From NCBI GenBank assembly GCA_000320545.1, contig ADNK01000135.1, forward strand, positions 1 through 64,000: 64,000 nucleotides of DNA. Reading direction: 5' to 3'. Below the pieces are notes generated by a model. That model was not told where the DNA came from. It worked only from the letters and a program-made list of their open reading frames with translations, and ran no database searches. Positions 61,377 to 64,000 of this stretch are shown piece by piece. The DNA is from Bigelowiella natans CCMP2755 (lineage: Eukaryota; Protista; Cercozoa). The translations under genes and the position numbers were made by a program. Numbering within the stretch: position 1 is the first letter of the stretch; every line of letters starts with the position of its first letter.

Positions 61377-63186
61377 ATGAGCGATGTGAAACTCCCGACT
61401 CTACCGCGCTTCTCTCGTCCAAGTATGCTCGCTTCTACCTTTTGGCATTTGAAAGCATTTCCCCGTATTCTCGCTTCCTCCCACTCGCTTTTGCTTTGTA
61501 TTTATTCTGTGTGAAATGTATATAGTTATAACAAACCGAAACTACCATGAAGCTATGCCATGATATTACTTCATCTCTCACCATAATCGGCCACAAAAAC
61601 TCTCATTTGATTGATTTCGTCCTCCTGTTCAGGGTTGAACTTCACATCGCCGAGGCTTCTCGATGCTGTAGCTGGAACTGTCGCAGGTAGGCACCATAGA
61701 TAATATAACCGCAGTTACATAGGTCAGCAAATTTGTTTCTAAAAGGTGCAGTATCCTCGACGGTAACATGTCCCTTGGATGTTTTGAAGACTAGATTGCA
61801 AGTTCAAAGTCGCCAGTTCAGTGGTAAGAATAAATGTATGCTAATCTTGGTATTATACGAGAGATAAGGCGAGAATTTGAGAAGATTACACTCTTTAAAA
61901 TTCTCATTTTCCAAGGTAACGTGGGTATTATTCACGGAGTCACGCGAATAGTGGAGAAGGAAGGGGTTCGCGGCCTTTATACTGGAATCAGGTTTGGCAT
62001 TAGGAAATATCAAATTGATTTTCAATTGCCATATTAGGTATTTAATTTTCAGGCCAACAATTATCGCGCTTCTACCCAATTGGGCAGCATACTTCCCTGT
62101 GTACACCGCTGCAAAGTCTTACTTATCCGAAAAAATGCCGGATCGTCCTTCAGGTTTATCACGATTCTAATTCTCTACAACGAGGAAAAGAGTTCATGTT
62201 GGGATGTCCGTATTTTTGGCCTATATTACTTTAGCTGTCAACTCCCTCGCAGCTTTGACCGGAGGCGCTGCAGCACTTGCAGCTTCAAATCCGTTTTGGG
62301 TAGCGAAGACGCGCCTGCAGACACAGGTTCTAGCTCTGTCCATAGCGAAGAATGCTAAGGGGGTGCCCTACAAAGGCCCATTCGACTGCATAACCAGGTA
62401 TGTTCATAAAACAATATTTATGTTTTTCATTGCATCGCGAACTGAAACTTATTTTATGTGAACTTACGAGGATTGCCCGTGAAGAAGGGTTTGGGGGACT
62501 ATACAGTGGCGTCGCTGCCTCCGTAACTTCGATTTATGCTGATCGACATTCCTTGTCTAATCGTTTCCATATTAATTTTAAGATTTTTGGCCTGGCGCAC
62601 GTCGCCATTCAGTTCCCTGTATATGAGTTATTAAAGCAAAAGTTTGGTGAATGTGATGGTACATACTCAATTACTGCCTTTCCCAATACACTTTCAATTG
62701 ATCAAACTATATTTTTAGTGTCATCCTCCTCGCAAGATGGGCGCTTCTCCTCGATGCGACATCAGATCTCGTCTCTAATGACAGCTTCTGCATTGTCCAA
62801 GCTGGTCGCAAGCACGTGTACCTATCCCCATGAAGTTGTTCGATCACAGATGCAGGTATTATTGTTCATCGGATGGTAACACTGCTCACTAAAAGAACTA
62901 GTTTGGATGAATGAGAGTTTCAACTTCCCTCCACCTCCACCTTACTGCGATAGGTTGCTGGGATCAGTGGCTTTGGCGGTCTTGGGCGGGCATGCAAGCG
63001 TGTGTTTATGGAAGACGGGTTGGCAGGATTTTACCGGGGGTGATATTAGTCGTAGATAAATGCAGTAGTTTTATAGCATTATTCATCAACCAAACCTAAT
63101 TCTTCAGATACACGATCAACCTGGTTCGGACTATACCAACTGCAGCTGTCACTTTACCTACGTATGAGGTTTTCACGAACATATAG
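61377..63186 (+). CDS. Mitochondrial carrier (SLC25), NAD+/folate-FAD transporter subfamily (NDT1/SLC25A32-like)
   Basis: Three carrier signatures (CPLDVLKTRLQ, NPFWVAKTRLQ, YPHEVVRSQMQ) and subfamily motifs PTIIALLPNWAAYFPVY and GLAHVAIQFPVYE. Stop TAG at 63184-63186; the first exon MSDVKLPTLPRFSRP splices in phase. Confidence 0.9.
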
Positions 63187-63199
63187 ATACTGCATGAAC

Positions 63200-64000
63200 A
63201 AATACAACACATTCCATGGCATGTGCGCGTCAGTCGCTAGCATTGCTAATGATGAAAAATTAATCACAATGTCCACATTCAATATGCAACTAAATTTGCA
63301 AATATCAGTTGGTTCGTGGTGGACTAGAGAATCTTGCTGTTGCCCTCGCCGGTGATGATCAGCCTTCAGCTTAGTCAATCGACGTAGGGGAAAATCTGTG
63401 ATGGTTTCACCGTCACACTCAGCTATGTTGCAACATGATGAACTCTAGCAGATGTGTTGTTAGTTGAGGGTGACTCCTCTGTTCACTTTCGTAAGTTTCG
63501 CAAAGCTTGACGAAATGGACAATCACATGTGGTGGCATGCAATTGGCATTGAGATCACCATTGAATGAATTCAATTCTCATTGCATCCGTCTCGCATGCA
63601 GCATGGTGCCGCCCATTCTGGCATTGTGCGCGGCGACGTCTAGACGTGTGGTTGAACAATTGAACAAAGCTAGAAAGTGTCGAAAGTGATGAAGGCTTCA
63701 GTTTTTGCACACCCAGCTAGCCAGAGCGCAGAGCGTGCGTGCGGTGCAGTGCTGCTAGCTAGCTAGACATCGCCGAGCTCGTGAAGTCAGATGCGCTGCC
63801 TTTGTTTGTTTCACAGTTGTTGTGTAGTTACAGCGATTGAGTGATTCACTCATTTTGATTCGTGTCAGTTTCGAAATTCCGACGACAAGTTGTTCACTTC
63901 TGGACCTGCTAGCTCTAGAGCTTGTGCTGCGATGTCAGCGTGCCATGCTAGCATGCGCCTGAAACAACGCTGTAATGTTGCACAAGCCAGCTGATCCAGC
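63200..64000. other. TpA-depleted, TGCA/CATG/CTAG-rich intergenic island downstream of the carrier gene
   Basis: After ~63500 nearly all TA are in CTAG/TAG context. Contains a degenerate MITE end. Confidence 0.8.
63546..63594 (+). mobile_element. Strongly degenerate solo end of the TGAGACGG-TIR MITE family
   Basis: gcattgagatcaccattgaatgaattcaattctcattgcatccgtctcg followed by CA. Confidence 0.55.

Noticed and set aside
12134-63594. Recurring ~50-bp motif as a CRISPR-like repeat or structured ncRNA
   Set aside because: Copies are dispersed, not regularly spaced, and one inverted pair brackets a 262-bp element, which fits transposon TIRs.
1-64000. tRNA, rRNA, snRNA, LTR/LINE or viral hallmark genes
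   Set aside because: None recognised by eye; tRNAscan-SE, Infernal and RepeatModeler would be needed to exclude them.

Overview
Eukaryotic nuclear DNA: gene-dense, intron-rich, with many microsatellites in introns. It is probably from a protist (a chlorarachniophyte-like alga is plausible, but this cannot be confirmed from the sequence). About 18 mostly spliced protein-coding loci alternate largely in head-to-head and tail-to-tail pairs. Recognisable products: a K+ channel (running off the window start), an algal/cyanobacterial-type GST, a small protein with one BRC repeat, a PHB-depolymerase fragment, an AhpD-like peroxidase, UBXN11, a J-domain + tandem-BRCT fusion, a single-ORF Nup107, a type II membrane G8-domain protein, an NDT1/SLC25A32-like mitochondrial carrier, and a giant (~5,700+ aa) protein. 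The giant protein combines a putative Cys protease, CUB-like, DUF3638/DUF3645 SF2-type NTPase, ubiquitin-like, UIM, EF-hand and 3x SPRY modules. The most unusual signal is non-coding. Nearly every convergent (3'-3') gene junction holds a 0.3-1.2 kb island rich in TGCA/CATG/CTAG, and in the strongest islands TpA is lost except in CTA/TAG context while CpG persists. Copies of a TA-target MITE end, and Tyr-poor relic ORFs, in these islands look like products of directional TA->TG/CA change. This suggests a region-targeted A:T->G:C hypermutation process, the reverse of fungal RIP. Most short ORFs in the supplied track are microsatellite or antisense artefacts. Exon boundaries were read by eye and are approximate.
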